This document shows positions 1 through 13,807 of a stretch of 64,000 nucleotides of DNA, piece after piece. The notes under the pieces were generated by a model. It saw only the letters and a list, made by a program, of their open reading frames with translations. It was not told where the DNA came from and did not search any database. The position numbers and the translations under genes are program-made. The stretch covers positions 89,169,841-89,233,840 of the forward strand of contig JARFYF010000074.1 in assembly GCA_030265395.1 (NCBI GenBank), written 5' to 3'. Source of the stretch: Rhina ancylostomus. Its lineage: Eukaryota. Within the stretch, counting starts at the first letter, position 1; each line of letters begins with the position of its first letter.

Positions 1-149
1 AGTATCTAAAACCTCTACCTTCTTAATACTGACCTATCCCAAATCATCCATGTACCGCCTCAAACTCATTTAACCCCCACATCCTCTTCCTTAGTCATCT
101 CTATGTAAGTGAAATCATACAAGTTTGAAAGACTAGTTAGCCTGAGGGC

Positions 150-507
150 ACGGACACTGTGGTGAAGTTGCGTAGCTAGTAGTTCCTCAGCCTTGCCACT
201 GCAGAGACCTGCATTCATTTCTGACCTCTGGTGCTGTCTGTGTGGAGTTTGCACATTCTCCCTGTAACTACATGGGTTTCCTTCAGGTGCTCAGATTTCC
301 TTCCACATCCCAAGGACTTGTGGGTTGGTAGATTAATCGGCCACCGTACATCACCATCAGTGTGTCGATGACTGGTGGACTCAGTGGCAGTTGATGTGCA
401 CATGGGTAATGAGAATTAAAAATAGAATTAATATAAATGGGTGATTGTTCACCAGGACAGACTTGGTGGGACAAGGGCTCTGTTTCCTTGCTGTCTGTCC
501 CTATGAA
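150..507 (+). mobile_element. tRNA-derived V-SINE (HE1-like) with CR1-type tail
   Basis: V-domain tgtgtggagtttgcacattctccctgt...gggtttccttcaggtgctc...ttccttccacatccc; tail acagacttggtgggacaagggctctgtttccttgctgt. Confidence 0.75.
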
Positions 508-557
508 ATCAGGAGGAGGAAAAAGTGCTAGAAATCTATCCTTTAGGAAATAGTAAG

Positions 558-845
558 TTAAAATATCTTTATTAGTCACATGTACATCGAAATACACAGT
601 GAAATACATCTTTGCATAGAGTGTTCTTGGGGCAGCCTGCAAGTGTCACCACACTTCCAGCGCCAACATAGCATGCCCACAACTTCCTAACCTGCTTGAC
701 TTTGGAATGTGGGAGGAAACCAGAGCACACAGAAAACCCACACAGAGACAGGGAGAATTTACAATCTCCTGACAGACAGTGGCCAGAATTGAACTCAGAT
801 CGCTGGTGCTGTAATAGCGCTGCACCAACCGCTACACTACTGTGC
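558..845 (-). mobile_element. V-SINE with non-CR1 (Rex1-like) tail
   Basis: Reverse V-domain (gaatgtgggaggaaaccagagcac); tail tttcactgtgtatttcgatgtacatgtgactaataaagatatt. Close relative at 12969-13220. Confidence 0.75.
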
Positions 846-924
846 CTGCTCACAGTACGACTTCCCTCTCAATCTACATTGACTCCATCCAACCATTTTA
901 TATTCGAGTCAACATGGATTGATT

Positions 925-2200
925 AGAGGGCAGTCATATTTGACAAACCTGTTTGAGTTTTGTAATTAGCAGAATAGGTAAGGCGGAACCAGTGGAGGTG
1001 GTGTATTTAGACTTTCAGAAAGTCTTTGATAAGGTGCGATACAAGAGGTCATTAAACAAAACTAATGCACTCAGGATTGGGGTGATATATTGGAGCAAAT
1101 TGAGGATTTTCAATGGGTAGAACACAATAGGAAACAACTGGTTATTTTCAGGCTAGGAAGTCGTGGTCAGTGGTGTACCACAGGTACTGGCCCCTGTTGT
1201 CTGAAAAGTTCAATATCAATGATTTGGATAAGAGGACCAAACATAACATATCCAGGTTTGCTGCTCATAAAAAATAGTTGGCATTGTGGGTGGCAAAGTA
1301 GATGCATAGAGGCTTCAGAAGAATGTAGACAGACTGGTAAAAGGGTGGGGGAATGATGGAATATGCTATGGAAAAATATGCAGTCATCCACTTTGGTAGA
1401 AAAACTAGAGAAGCACGAGTATTTCTTAAGTGATGAATAATTGAATGTTGTTGATGTTCAGAGACCATTGTCCTTGTGCATGAATCACTAGAAGTCAACC
1501 TGCAAATGCAGCAAGTAATTGGTTGGTCTTTATTTCAAGAGAAGTTGAGTACATGAGTAAAGATACTTTGATTTAATTATACGGGGCCCTAATGAAACTG
1601 AACCCAGAATACAGAGTATTGGTCTGCTTCCCCTACCAAAGGAATTAAAATATTTACCACAGGGGAAGTTAATGTTGGAATTGAGGGGGAAGCAGTGGAG
1701 ATATTCTATGGCAAAACTAAGATTAGATGAATGAGGGATGTTTTCATTGAAATACACAAAATTCTTTCAAAGCCTTGACAGGATAGATGAACAGATATTT
1801 TTTTCCTGGAGACACAAGAGACTGCAGATGCTGGAATCTGGAGCAACACACAATCTGCTGGTGGAACTCAGCGGGTCGAGCAGATGGATTGTCCTGACTG
1901 GGAATGTTTAGAACTAAGAGGTCACTCTTAAAATAAGGGATTGGCCATTTGGGATGAAAATGAGAATAAATTCCTTCACCCAGAGGGTAATCAGTCTTTG
2001 GAGTTCCCAGAAAAGTTGTGGCAGTTCAATTGCTGAGGGATTCAAGAGGAAGATCAGTAGTAGTTTTGGATAAAGGGAATCACAGAATGTGGGGTTAGTG
2101 CAGGAAAATAGGACTGAGGTAAAAGTAGGCCATGCTCTGCTTGGCAGAGCAGGCATGAGGGGCTGAATGGCCTACTCCTGCTTCTATTTCTCATGTTCAC
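925..2200 (+). mobile_element. Decayed CR1 LINE, 3' part (RT to 3' end), interrupted by a Penelope-type fragment at ~1808-1885
   Basis: Relics of LTNL.EF, VVYLDFQK.FDKV and V.HFGRK motifs; terminal gggctgaatggcctactcctgcttctatttct. Many stops and frameshifts. Confidence 0.8.
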
Positions 2201-5200
2201 ATATTTTGTCTTTGAAAACAGGTACCAAGAAAGTTTCCCCTACAACTATTTTGAGTACTTGGAGTGTTGTGCACAGAATTAGCCATAAAAGTCTAGCTGA
2301 TACAAAGCAGTGTTTTAAAAAGTTTTGGCATAACTATTGTTTTTGCACTATATGCTTGTGCTTTGCAAGCTAAGCATTCCTTATACATTACTTTAACAGC
2401 CTTTTTTGACATTCTGCATCTTTCAAAATTTACATAAACCTCCAGATTTCTTTTCACCCCCTTTAAAATTGTACCAGTTATTTTATATCCCCTATCTTCA
2501 TTCTTCCTGCAGAATAATTCACTTCACACTTCTCTTCATTAAGTTAGATCTGCTATGTGCTTCCCCATTTCAGTCTCTAACCTGAGTTTTTTTTAAAAAG
2601 TTGGCTGTATTTGTATGGCACTTATAATGACCCCAGCATGTCCTGAAACACTGCAACTGTTGAAGTACTTATGAAGTATAATCACTGTTGTACTATTGGA
2701 AACATTATTCTCTTCCTCATCCTTAACTGTGCTTAAATTTTGTATCAACCTCAAACTGTATACTCAAGTACAGATCATCAATCCATTTCAGGTAGAGCAA
2801 CAATCCTGATTCTGACCTCAAGTGAGCATTACATTGTCTTTTATCTGAAGAAGACTTTTCACTACCACCTTCTGCTTCCTGTTCCTAAGCTTTCGTTACC
2901 ACTGTTCCTTCCTTTTGTGATTTTCTTACATTATGCATATTTTAACAAATTCCTGTTGAAAATCCATACCTACAGTCTAACTGCAATCTCCTCATTTACC
3001 TTCTTTGTCACTAAAATATTTTTTGCATTTTCTATGTTACTAGTTTCCAAACTTCTGGCAGAAGTTCTCTTGGAGATGGGCAAACCCAAGTTCACTGTGG
3101 AACTGGGCATTATGGATGGTATACAGAAACTGGATCTCTCACAATGAGGTCTGCACTGAAAGTGCCCATCCTGAATATTGACAGGACTCATGGGCATGCT
3201 GACATTCAGCTACATTCACATTTCAACCACCAACTGCAAGGTCACAACATCCTCAAACTCCAAATAAATTCAGATTCAGGGAATGAGTTATTCTGAATAA
3301 CCACCCTTTACACTTGGTTAACTGCATGCACGAGTGAAAAGATATTCACTTATAAAGAGCTTGTCACGTTGTTTGGCACAGCTTTGTGGGCCGAAGGGTC
3401 TGAATTGTTCCGTAATTTTTCTATGTTCTGTGTCTTTCTCAGGATCCTGAAGAGCTTTAAAGCCAATTAAATACATTTGAAGTGGGGTCAATTACAAGGA
3501 CTTTCCCTTCTTGAATGAGAGCTACTATCTCTTAGGTATTGTTGGACAGAGACCACCTCCTCTTGATCATTATGTATTCTATATCATTATATGATCATTG
3601 CAATGTAGACATCCCTCTAAACTCAAACAATGAATTACAGAAGTTACACACAAGGTAAGCTTTTGTGGTTGGGCCACTAGATTGACATTACAATTAGTAA
3701 TGTTTCTGATCTTCTCATAAGCATGATGGTATTTTATGGAGAGAGTTTCAGTGTTGGTTCATCTGGGTTTACACCCATCCTTGTGAATTGACTGATGCTT
3801 TTTCTGAGCATCCTCTAGCTTTAACCAGTATCTTTGGAAAAGCCAATGTCAGAAATGCTGGATTCTATTTTGGATTTCTACTATCTGCAGTATTTTGTTT
3901 TGGAGTATTAAACTTATTGCAAATTAGGCCATTCTGCTCATTTTATGAGAAATAGCATGCAAGGTGTTGCAAAGAGGGACTTACAAGGACAAAGAAAATG
4001 GGAGTCTGATTCAAGCAACATTTAGGATGTCCACAAATGCCACACACTAATTAATTACTTCTGTAACATGGAGACAGTTCATCTACCTAAAAAAAACACT
4101 ATCTATTTGAGCAAAGGAAAGACAAAGAGCAGTATGATGGATAATTTACTTGCTGATCTGCTTAGTGCTGTTGATTGCTTGAAATTCCTGCTTTTCTTGA
4201 AAAAGTGACACATTATGATTTAAACCATCTGAGCAAACTAATTTTAGTTCCTCTCCTGGAAAGCAATGTCACATTTCCTCACTACGATAATGAAGTGTCA
4301 GCTTACATAAGAGATTCCTAAACCTTTTATCATGTGCCTTCCTCCAGATACTCCAGTTTCCCATCAGCTCCCAATGGCTTATTATATTTTAGCCCTTTAA
4401 TTGCCAATTATCTACCACAATCATATCTCTGTCCTATGCTGCCCTCCCTGTGATTCTTCCTCAACAAACACCCCACATCTTAACAACTACACACAGACTT
4501 ACAATTAGACCATTGCATAATTTCTTCCCCTCACACTCCAGAAATATATTGCCTACTCTGGGTGTATGTATAACAAATTTTGTGAATGCCTAGTTCACTT
4601 TAAATGGTCAAACCCTACAGTAAGCCTTAAACCCACAACATTCTACTGCAGAAATGGAAAGACTATAAATGGATCAAGAATCAAGCTTTGTTTTAAATTT
4701 AATACAAAATTTGAGATACTTGAGCAAATAATTCATTTCCAATTGATACTTTTTCCTGCATTCAGTTTTTCCTCCTTATTGCATGACATAAATTAAGCAA
4801 AAATTGGTTAAGCTGTTTGGTTAATAACCCATAAATAAAGTGATTATTTTTCCTTCCTGGCATACTGTGCTACTTAGGACATGTTCCTTAAGAATCTACA
4901 TGTGGCACAGTTGGTAGGTACCATATTAAAAATGAGTGGTATAAAGGATTTAAATTAGAAACTAAATTACCAGAAAACTCAGTTGACATTTTTATGATTC
5001 TTTATAGCATAAACAAATAAGGCCAGTTCCAAAGATGCATCAGGGCATTGCTTTTGGATTTGCTTTTAATCACAGCATCTCCTTAAAATGCTCACGTTTA
5101 AGAGCCAATGTTTTAGCTGGCATTTTCAAAAAAAGTTAGCCAAATAATTGTTGATTTGTGTAGAGAAAAAGAAGCCACCAAACCTCAATGTGAGCTAAGC

Positions 5201-8200
5201 TGCTGGATGGAACACCCTCCTCACCCAGGCATTTTACTTTGAGAAATGGAAAGGAGGGAGGCAAATCAAATAGTATTCAGTGCTTGGATAGAATAATATG
5301 CTTTGTATCACCCTTGGTTTCATCTGCCAAATCGCTTTTCATGGATCTAATAAATCTTCTGTGCATTGACTAGCTGGAATTATAATTCACTTATGAGAAA
5401 AACAGAGGCTTACACATCTCCCGTAAAGGATTATTCAACTAAGTGCAATGAAGGTATGCATCAGTTCAATTAATATATCATGTAAAGTTCAATTATATTT
5501 TGTCATTAGAGTATCAAATGTGTTCCTCAAATGCATTCCTCAAACAAATATACCAGCTTCTGAAATCCTATTTTAATATGACCTACTAATGATTATTTAC
5601 CTCATTGCTTCAGCTCAGTGGTGGCTCTATTGCCTTCAAGACAAAATATTATAGAGATCCGAGTGCTAGAGATCTCCAGACTGATTTTTTTTTAAATTCC
5701 AGAGAATGTCAGTCGACTCTACTCATCCTCTCCTCATAATACAGACCTCTGATTCCAAGAATATATCCAGGGAGCCTTTGTTGCCTCCTGTCCAATTTCT
5801 ACATTCTTCTTTGGACAAGAGCAAAACTGTAAACATTTTTTAAATGTATAGCCACACTACAGATCTATTTAAATCTATAAGAGCTCTAGCACACTGTACC
5901 ATGCCACCTGGGAGATGATCGCTGTTCTCCTTGAGCACCAATATGCCTTCTACTGGTAGACTGCTGCTTTCAGTGGGCATAGGGATCCTACATGAGCTGC
6001 CATCTCTTCTGCCCAAACACAGTTGTTGTGCATCAGACTGTTTTCCTGCAAGAACAGAAAGATGACCTACCTGAGCCAGTCACACTCTCATGGAATCAGA
6101 AATGTAGCTTGTGGGAACTGGCCTCTTTCCACAGGAGCAGCTACACAAGCCCCTCTTAACCATCACTGCCACTCCACCAGTCCCCTACTACTCATGGCCC
6201 TCTCCGTAGTGTGTAGAGTCCTATTCAGATTGCACTCTCTGGAGAGGAATGATGAGAGCAGGGACTCAGAGTCCAGCAACCAACTCAGCTCTAGGGTTTG
6301 AAGGCTGAAACTATGGTAGAGCAGTCCATGCAGAATGTTGCACCATTGGCTACCTGCTCTTGAGAAGTCACCCAGTATGCTGTTTTAAAGTATTGGTATC
6401 CCCTCCACACAAGAACAGCAAACAACTTCTCACCACAGCCATTATTCCCTCAATTGGTCCTGGGTAACAGTCTGAAGATGGGCCCTCTGAAGCAAAAGGT
6501 TTCTTGTGGTCAGCAAGGACATTTGTTGGAATGAAATAAAGTTATTTTCAAGCAGAAACACTGATCACAGAAGGCACTTGCTGATGTAGGGCTCAGACAT
6601 CAAAACCCACATAAAAGTAGTTAAATGGAAAAGGCACAAGGATATTCATGTCCTGAGCCAAATGTAATGATTTTTGTATTACTTAATTTTCTTTTGTTAC
6701 AAACACTGAACATACTGGCATTGTTGAAATGCACCCTTATGTAGGCTGAATCATATCTGCCATCATGCAGAGATAAATACCACTAGTACGGTGACTTCCA
6801 GCAAAGAGGATAATTTCACACTTTGTCACAATATATTTTATCTGCTACCTCCCTGCCCAGTCATTTGATGTAGACAATGTTGTAGTCTCTTTGCATCCTA
6901 ATAGTCTACTTTATATCAACTAACCTTATATCAACTAACTCAGGTATATTACAATCAGTTACCTCATCTAAATTTGTGATATATATGGTGAATAACCTAT
7001 CATTACGGCATTCTGTTAGGTGTATGCTGCTGTACTGAAAGTTACCCAGTTAGTATTCCCAATTTTAGTATATTACCTGATTGCTGTTAATATATTACAC
7101 CCAATCCCATGAATCTAAACCTTGCAACATGAGGGTGTAACACATTACCAAATATCTTACAAAAATTCCAAATATACTATAATCCATGGTTTCCTTTTAT
7201 TTATCCTGCTAATTAGTTTTAACTTCAAAAACTAATTGAATTATCAAGCATTATTTCATTCACCTGAAACCACATTAACTCTGTTTAATCATTATCTCAT
7301 TCCTCCACAGCCTTTGCAATAGATTCAATTGGTCCGGCTACTGCCAATGCCCAGTTAATTGGACTATAGCTAAGCTATAAAACTGATTTTGCCTTACCAT
7401 TATTTCTTGAACTTTGGTGGATCTCTACCTGATAATCTGTGGGAGTCATTCTAGAAGCTATGAAATATTGGAAGATTAAAATACAATACATCTACCTCAG
7501 CAGCCATCTCTTTTAAACCAGATGTCCTGGCAGTAATATTTCTATAATTTCATAAAGCTAGTCTGATTTGACAATCTAACTACAAGACCCTTAAAAGAAT
7601 AATAACTGTTTCCTCTAGCTGAACTCCGACCATTTTTTAAAAATATAAATTAACTGGTTAAAAGATACAGCATACATAGAGATAAAGTACTTCATGACTG
7701 GAGGAACTTCATTTTAAAGTGCATTCCAGTGTTCCAGATAGCTAAGGATAGCTTAATGTTTTAGTTGTCATTTTTTTTTTAAAAAGGTGGCAATTTAATT
7801 GCTCTGAAAATTCAATTGCATTAGAAATTGTTGATAAGCAAATTTAGCAAAGAAACTGTCTTGCCAAAGTTTTATATCCATGACTTTGGCTATTTTACCT
7901 CTATTCATATCTAACCCATTATTACTCTTCAGTCTTCGTTCCTTTCCTCTTTATTATAGGCTTGAAATTTCAAATCATTCGCAGCCTTTGGTGCATCTCT
8001 CTCTATCCATTCTGGTGTTCAGTGCTTCCTCAGTAACAACCACAACAGCCTCATTCTCCACCCTCATTAACCGCCCAATCACACTTTTGGATGCAATCTC
8101 ACCAACTCTCTTACACACCTTTAAAAATCTTAACGCAAGGAAAAGCAGTCTTTGTGCCATCGGGCCAGTGGTCTTTAAAAGGACAACTGCAGAATACAAA

Positions 8201-9339
8201 AGTGTAAAATACAAATGTGGACCCAAGAGTACTCCTGTTTTGTGTGTTTATTCCAGGATTGCTCCTCATTCAATCCACCAAGGTGGTTGTAGTTTTCACT
8301 CAATTCACATCTACAATTATCCCTAACCTTTTCAAACCATCCTTATGACCATTGCTTTCTTACTGGGCAACCTTTCAAACAGCACAATGGCTGGACCTCT
8401 TCCCTGGTGAGTTAATGTAGATGACCATTAGGCCCATAACCTACTGACTGCTTGATAAAAGGGTCCAAGGCCTAATTTGCATGTGCTGTGGGCCTTCCAT
8501 TCAAGCAGAGTGATCCCTCTGCAATAACCCAGCATGCACTTCTTGCATTGGCTTGAATTTTTTGACCTGAGCTCCACCAAGTTTTGTCCCAATTTAACAG
8601 AGAACCAGGAATCACTCTTTATAACAAAAGGTGAAAAAATGATAACAAATAGAAATCTGCAACAGACTTGATTTCCTAATATCTTTGCATACTCAAAGAA
8701 AACCTGGAAAAAAATCTCCTTAATTTTTCTATTTAGTCAGTGTTAGAGACAACCAATCAGCAGTACTTGATTCCACCTCCATTCCCTATTCCCACAAAAC
8801 TAACCCTCGTCATCCTTCACATCCACTGGAACTCTGGCCCTGCACCCATCTAGTTTCCAGCCAGGCATTCCTGGACAATTGTTCAAGTCTAACATGTCTT
8901 GTTCACCCATCCTTACCCACAGTGATAATCTCAGTTTCAAGTAGAAAGTTCATTTCTCCCAAGATCTGTTTTCTCTTCCAGTTCTATCAAGTAAGAACTG
9001 TCCATTCCTTGACTCTGCCTATATAAAATGGCACAATAACAAGAGAACAAACAAATTTATTGCCTGGTAGATCATTGCATAACTCACATTACTCCTAACT
9101 TATGATTGAGATTTTTGGTGTGTTATATTGCCACTGCATTGGCATTCCACCAGCTCACATTTATGGAGGGATTCATGGTTCCTGAAATTCATGGATCCCA
9201 TGGCAAACAATCAAGAAAGTCAATACCTGGGGCAGGGAGGGTTGAGAATTAAAAAAATAACAATTTGGGGATGTGAATGCCAACCTTTATTCCCCATTTC
9301 TAATTACCCTGGAGAAACAAGTGGTGAGCCAGGTTCTCA

Positions 9340-9600
9340 GATTGCTTGAATCTGGCCAACAAAAAAAAAACAGGCATAGGTGGGGCTCCTGTGGATGCCC
9401 TTGGCTATACTTTTGATTTGTAGAAAGTGGGAAGAGTTGAAAGAGAAGTTGTTGAGGGTAAGAACAAGTTCTGCCAGGCTGATTAGAGTATCAGAGGAGG
9501 GGAACCAGCTGGGTCTTTGTTCCAGAAAGCAGCAGAGGGAACCAAGACCTTCCTGATGGCGATGGATATGTATAAAGACTGGATGTCCTCTCCTACTTTC
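9340..9600 (-). mobile_element. Penelope-like element reverse transcriptase fragment
   Basis: ORF 9337..9627 contains TLISLAELVLTLNNFSFNSSHFLQIKSIAKG...PTYACFF.VG, a decayed PLE RT motif (N.F.F...FLQ.KG.AMG..P.YA.LF). Confidence 0.75.
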
Positions 9601-10029
9601 TCTAATCCTCAGGAACTTCTCTTTCAATTCCTCTCACTTTCTACAAATCATCTTTGATGGGTGTTCTCAAATTGCTACAGTATTCCCATAATGCTGTGGG
9701 GAAGAGTGTTCCAGTGATGAGGGAACATAGATGCCTCTGCACAGCAAGGTGGAGCCTGATCATGTAAAGAGTTGTAACCTACCACCTTCAGATTGTAACA
9801 GGTCAGAAGGATTTTTTGCGATTCTGGATCTACCATGCCCTAGATGATACTGACAAATTAAAGCCATAGATGAAAATGTAAAGCTTTGGGAAGGAGCTAT
9901 GGATGAATACTAGTCACTAGAGTAACACATAGCCTTTTTGATAATACTTCACACTTCAGTCATGCAGAGTCAGTGCTAACTCAGTGTGCCAGAATTCGAG
10001 GAATATGGATCAAATCAGCCAGTCGAGCT

Positions 10030-10305
10030 TGATAGCAAGGTGTCCTGCAGTGCAAGAATTGCCAGCTTTCTAATGAGTTGTTAAAGGCAAAGCGCCAAAG
10101 GGGATGTAAAAAAATCTTCTGGTATCATTCAAAGGAGAAAACTTCTCTAGTGTCCTGAGCAATATTTATTCTTCCTGCATCAAAATCAATTTGATCTTTG
10201 CCTCGCTTGTAAAAATGTTTACAAGTTGACCTATGCTATTGTCTTATATTACCATGGTTGCTATGCACTTCAAAGTCACAACTGTGAAGGGTACTATACA
10301 GGTGT
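10030..10305 (+). mobile_element. Deu-domain SINE relic (SacSINE1-like)
   Basis: gccagctttctaatgagttgttaaa...gatgtaaaaaaatc...ttctctagtgtcctgagcaatatttat resembles the Deu core; heavily decayed. Confidence 0.5.
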
Positions 10306-10854
10306 GTGTGTATGTATGTATATATCACATACATACACATTACAACAGAAACAGATTCCTCATCTAACTACTAGATTTACCTCCAATAAGCAAATGTTCT
10401 AGTTGTTGCCTTACCTTTATCTCCTTCACTTTCATTGATCTAGCCAACGTAATCTAATCATGAACTTTGGTATCTTCTACCTCAACCATTAACTCTAAAG
10501 GTTATTTTGTCATTTAACATTTCATCCATTGCTCCTCAACTAAAGAAATATTAAAATCAAGCTACCTGTCTAATCTTTCAACTAATATTGCCCCATAATC
10601 TACATTGCTCTAATAAAAAGTCCCTAATTGTAAATACATTCAGTTAATAACTTTCTGGATTCAAGGACAACAATTTGCCTGAGTCTTGCTAACCTCAGCA
10701 AGAACCCTATGGAAACCGAGGGCCCCTCTGCCTTTGATTACCATTGATATGCATCTACACTTGCTGTACCACCCACCACATTTGAGAATATATTTGCAAT
10801 GGAGGCTGTGTAAAGTGGATTCACTAAATTGATTCATAGAATGAAGCATTTGAA

Positions 10855-11165
10855 ATTGTGGAAGATGCAGCCAAGAGTGAGGGGCATTCTGATTGAAACA
10901 CTGTTCTGAGGGGGATCAACAAGGTGGATATCAACAGGATGTTCTCTCTAGTGGGGTTTAGATTAAGAGGCATGATTTCAGAATATGGGATTATCTATTG
11001 AAGATGACCTGCAGGTTGCAAATCTTTGCAATCTTCACTCCAGAGCTGAGGAGGCAGAGTCATTGAATGTATTCTAACCAGAGATCAGGTCCCTTGCAGA
11101 ACAAATTTCTGTCAAAGAGTAAATGAGACCAGGAAAGTAGCATTGAGGTAGTGAATGAATGAGGC
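10855..11165 (+). mobile_element. CR1 3' fragment
   Basis: ggggcattctgattgaaac...aaggtggatatcaacaggatgttctctctagtgggg...gaggaggcagagtcattgaatgtatt is typical of the CR1 ORF2 end. Confidence 0.6.
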
Positions 11166-11199
11166 ATAACCTCATTGAATGATAGTGCTGTCTCAAGCT

Positions 11200-11660
11200 T
11201 TAGTGTGTCAATCAGTCCCTTATGTACTGTATTACAAGATGGCCAGTGTCACAAGCACGAGGATGTTAATGCAGGAGTTGGCAAAGCAGGCATTACCATT
11301 CATGCTGTAGCCAACCCAGTGATTTCAGGCAGCACCCAGCAGCTCTGTGTAACACTCCTCCCACTTCAACTTGAAGGGTCATAATGCTGAAGTAACCCAA
11401 AATGACTATTCCCATTTGGCAAATTGCACTGGGGCACTAAATTCAACACATGATCAGCAGTTTAAGGGGGTGCTCATCTGAAGACAAATGAGAAAGTTAC
11501 AGTGGTAGGCAAGACAAGAACATCAATTTCAAGCTGGACGAGATCTTTCTGCAGGAGAGGAGGAAAAGGCTTTCCATTGCTTCAGGCAGATGGCCATTGA
11601 GTACCATCAGCACTCACATGCACAAGGAGATCGAATAGAACATTGGGTTTTTAAAAAGGA
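11200..11660 (+). mobile_element. Possible RTE-clade LINE relic
   Basis: EDVNAGVGKA (compare E...RIGKA) in ORF 11175..11384; the rest is very decayed. Confidence 0.35.
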
Positions 11661-12689
11661 AACCTTTGGTCTTCTAAACTCAAGGTTGAGACACCTCAAC
11701 AGCATCGACACCAAGGGGGATTTTTCTCATGTTTGAGGCAGCCAGAGTATAGCCTTGAGGCAGCCATTTGGAACTAATTAGAAAATTCTTCACAAAATTG
11801 TACATCTTTAGAATTCTTTACCTCTGAGACATATCATGTGCCCTACTGTCATTTCATATGCAAGAGATTTTTGTGAAATGTTGACAAAGACCAACTTTGT
11901 ATTTTGAATGGAGGATATGGTGATAACCAATGAGTGGCATTCAGCAGAAGAATCAATTACCAGAGGGAAACTGCTGACCTGTCCATCTACAAAAACAAAC
12001 AACATTCTTCGAACCTCCGGAGCTGTATTTCACTCAAGATTAAAGTGAAGATTTTAGAATGGTGGGAATCAGGGAGAGAGAAAATAATACAGCTGTCACT
12101 GCAAGTCTCTCTCAGCTCCACAAAAGCCAAGAACTTATTGCATAGACAGAAAACAAAACTAAATAAACTACCAAGAATTGGCTACACCTGCTTCACATTA
12201 TAATTGTGATTTGTCACCCAAGGATATCTTACATTCCTGACTAAATTGTTACTGATGGAAGCAAGCTAACTCCTGCACATGAAGTGAGCAGAAAATTAAA
12301 TCCAGGCAAGAACATCACATTTCTTCAACCCACTCAACTGTATAGTTGCCAGTGTTCTGGATCAAAATTAAATTTTAATGAACAGCAGCAGCTATAGCAC
12401 AGGGAAACTTTCTAAAGATAACATTAGGAGCCTAGAAAGAGACCAGCCACCTACACACCAATTCTCTCACACTGTGCAAGGCTCCAGCCAGTGCCATTTG
12501 GTGGCTGGTTCTTTTTCCTCATTAACACTCAACTTAGTCCACATCACCCAATCTCTTAGAAGATTGAGCAGAGATCATAATCGTTCCCAACCAAGGAAGA
12601 ACATACCTAGTATGTATACACTCAATACAATCCTTTAATTTCCTTGAATACTTTGGTTACTCCTTCATCCCCTCAATGCTTGCCTGAAT

Positions 12690-13520
12690 TTGAGCTCTTG
12701 GGGTAAGTGGTGATAAGCAAGGAAGTCATGATGATTGTTTATACAACAGCTTTCCAGCCACAATTAGAGCGGTGTTAGTCTGGGCACCAAGACTCAGCAA
12801 TGGGCAATTTACCAAAATGATTCCAAGTAAAACAGATTTGAGATATGTGGACAGTCTGGAGAGGCTGACATCAGTCCCCTTGGAATGGAGAAAGTAGCAA
12901 GATACAAGAGGTTTTAGATACTAGAGAGAAACTCCCCATTGCTGGAAGGGTGAAGATACCGACAGAATAAAATATCTTTATTAGTTGCATGTACATCAAA
13001 ACAGTGAAATGCATCTTTTGCACAGCGTTCTGGGGGCAACCCGCAAGTGTCACCACACTTGCAGTGCCAACATAACATGCCCACAACTTCTAACCCATAC
13101 ATCCTTGGAATGTGGGAGGAAACTGGAGCACCCAGAGGAAACCCATGCAGGCATAGGGAAAACATAAACTCCTTGCAGACAGTGGCTGGAATTGAACCTG
13201 GGTCACTGGTGCTGTAATAGTCTTTTTTAAAAACANNNNNNNNNNNNNNNNNNNNNNNNNNNNNNNNNNNNNNNNNNNNNNNNNNNNNNNNNNNNNNNNN
13301 NNNNNNNNNNNNNNNNNNNNNNNNNNNNNNNNNNNTACCAAACAAAAGAACCAACAACACAGCAAGTGGCTAGGGTCTGGAGTGCAGGACCAGGGACAGC
13401 ACGGTCACAGATTCAACTGTGTCATTCAAATTTATAGGACTATGCAAAAGACCAGCTCATGCACAGAGGAGCTGGTATTGACAAATTTTGGGCTGAATTG
13501 GCCTCTGCTATTGTAAAGTT
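12690..13520 (+). mobile_element. Decayed CR1 3' fragment interrupted by a SINE and an N gap
   Basis: aaggaagtcatgatg...gccacaattagag...tctgggcacca...ggacagtctggagaggctg; terminal gggctgaattggcctctgctattgtaa. Confidence 0.55.
12969..13220 (-). mobile_element. V-SINE, same subfamily as 558-845
   Basis: Shares aaatatctttattagt..catgtacatc.aa..cagtgaaat.catcttt and the V-domain ggaatgtgggaggaaactggagcacccagaggaaaccca. Confidence 0.8.
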
Positions 13521-13807
13521 ATCTTCCCACATCATGAAATCAGTGATGTTAGAAGCTGGCTATCACAGTTCAAAAAAGATATCAGAGCAAGAGATTGGGA
13601 AGGAATTCCATATCTTGGAGACCAAAATGCTGAAAGGTGTTAATGACAGAACAACCACTTCAGAGATGCACAAATAGATCAGAATACACAGCTGAGTGTT
13701 GTAGAAATGGAAATTGTAGAGAGCAGAGATCTTGAAAACAAGGAATAGTATAAAAATCTTGGATCAGTGACTAATGTATGTCAGTATAAACTAAATTGGT
13801 AAATTGA

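Noticed and set aside
2740-3147. 135-aa hydrophobic ORF (also 148-aa ORF at 7880..8326)
   Set aside because: No recognisable domain or splice context; composition reflects T-rich non-coding or decayed repeat DNA.
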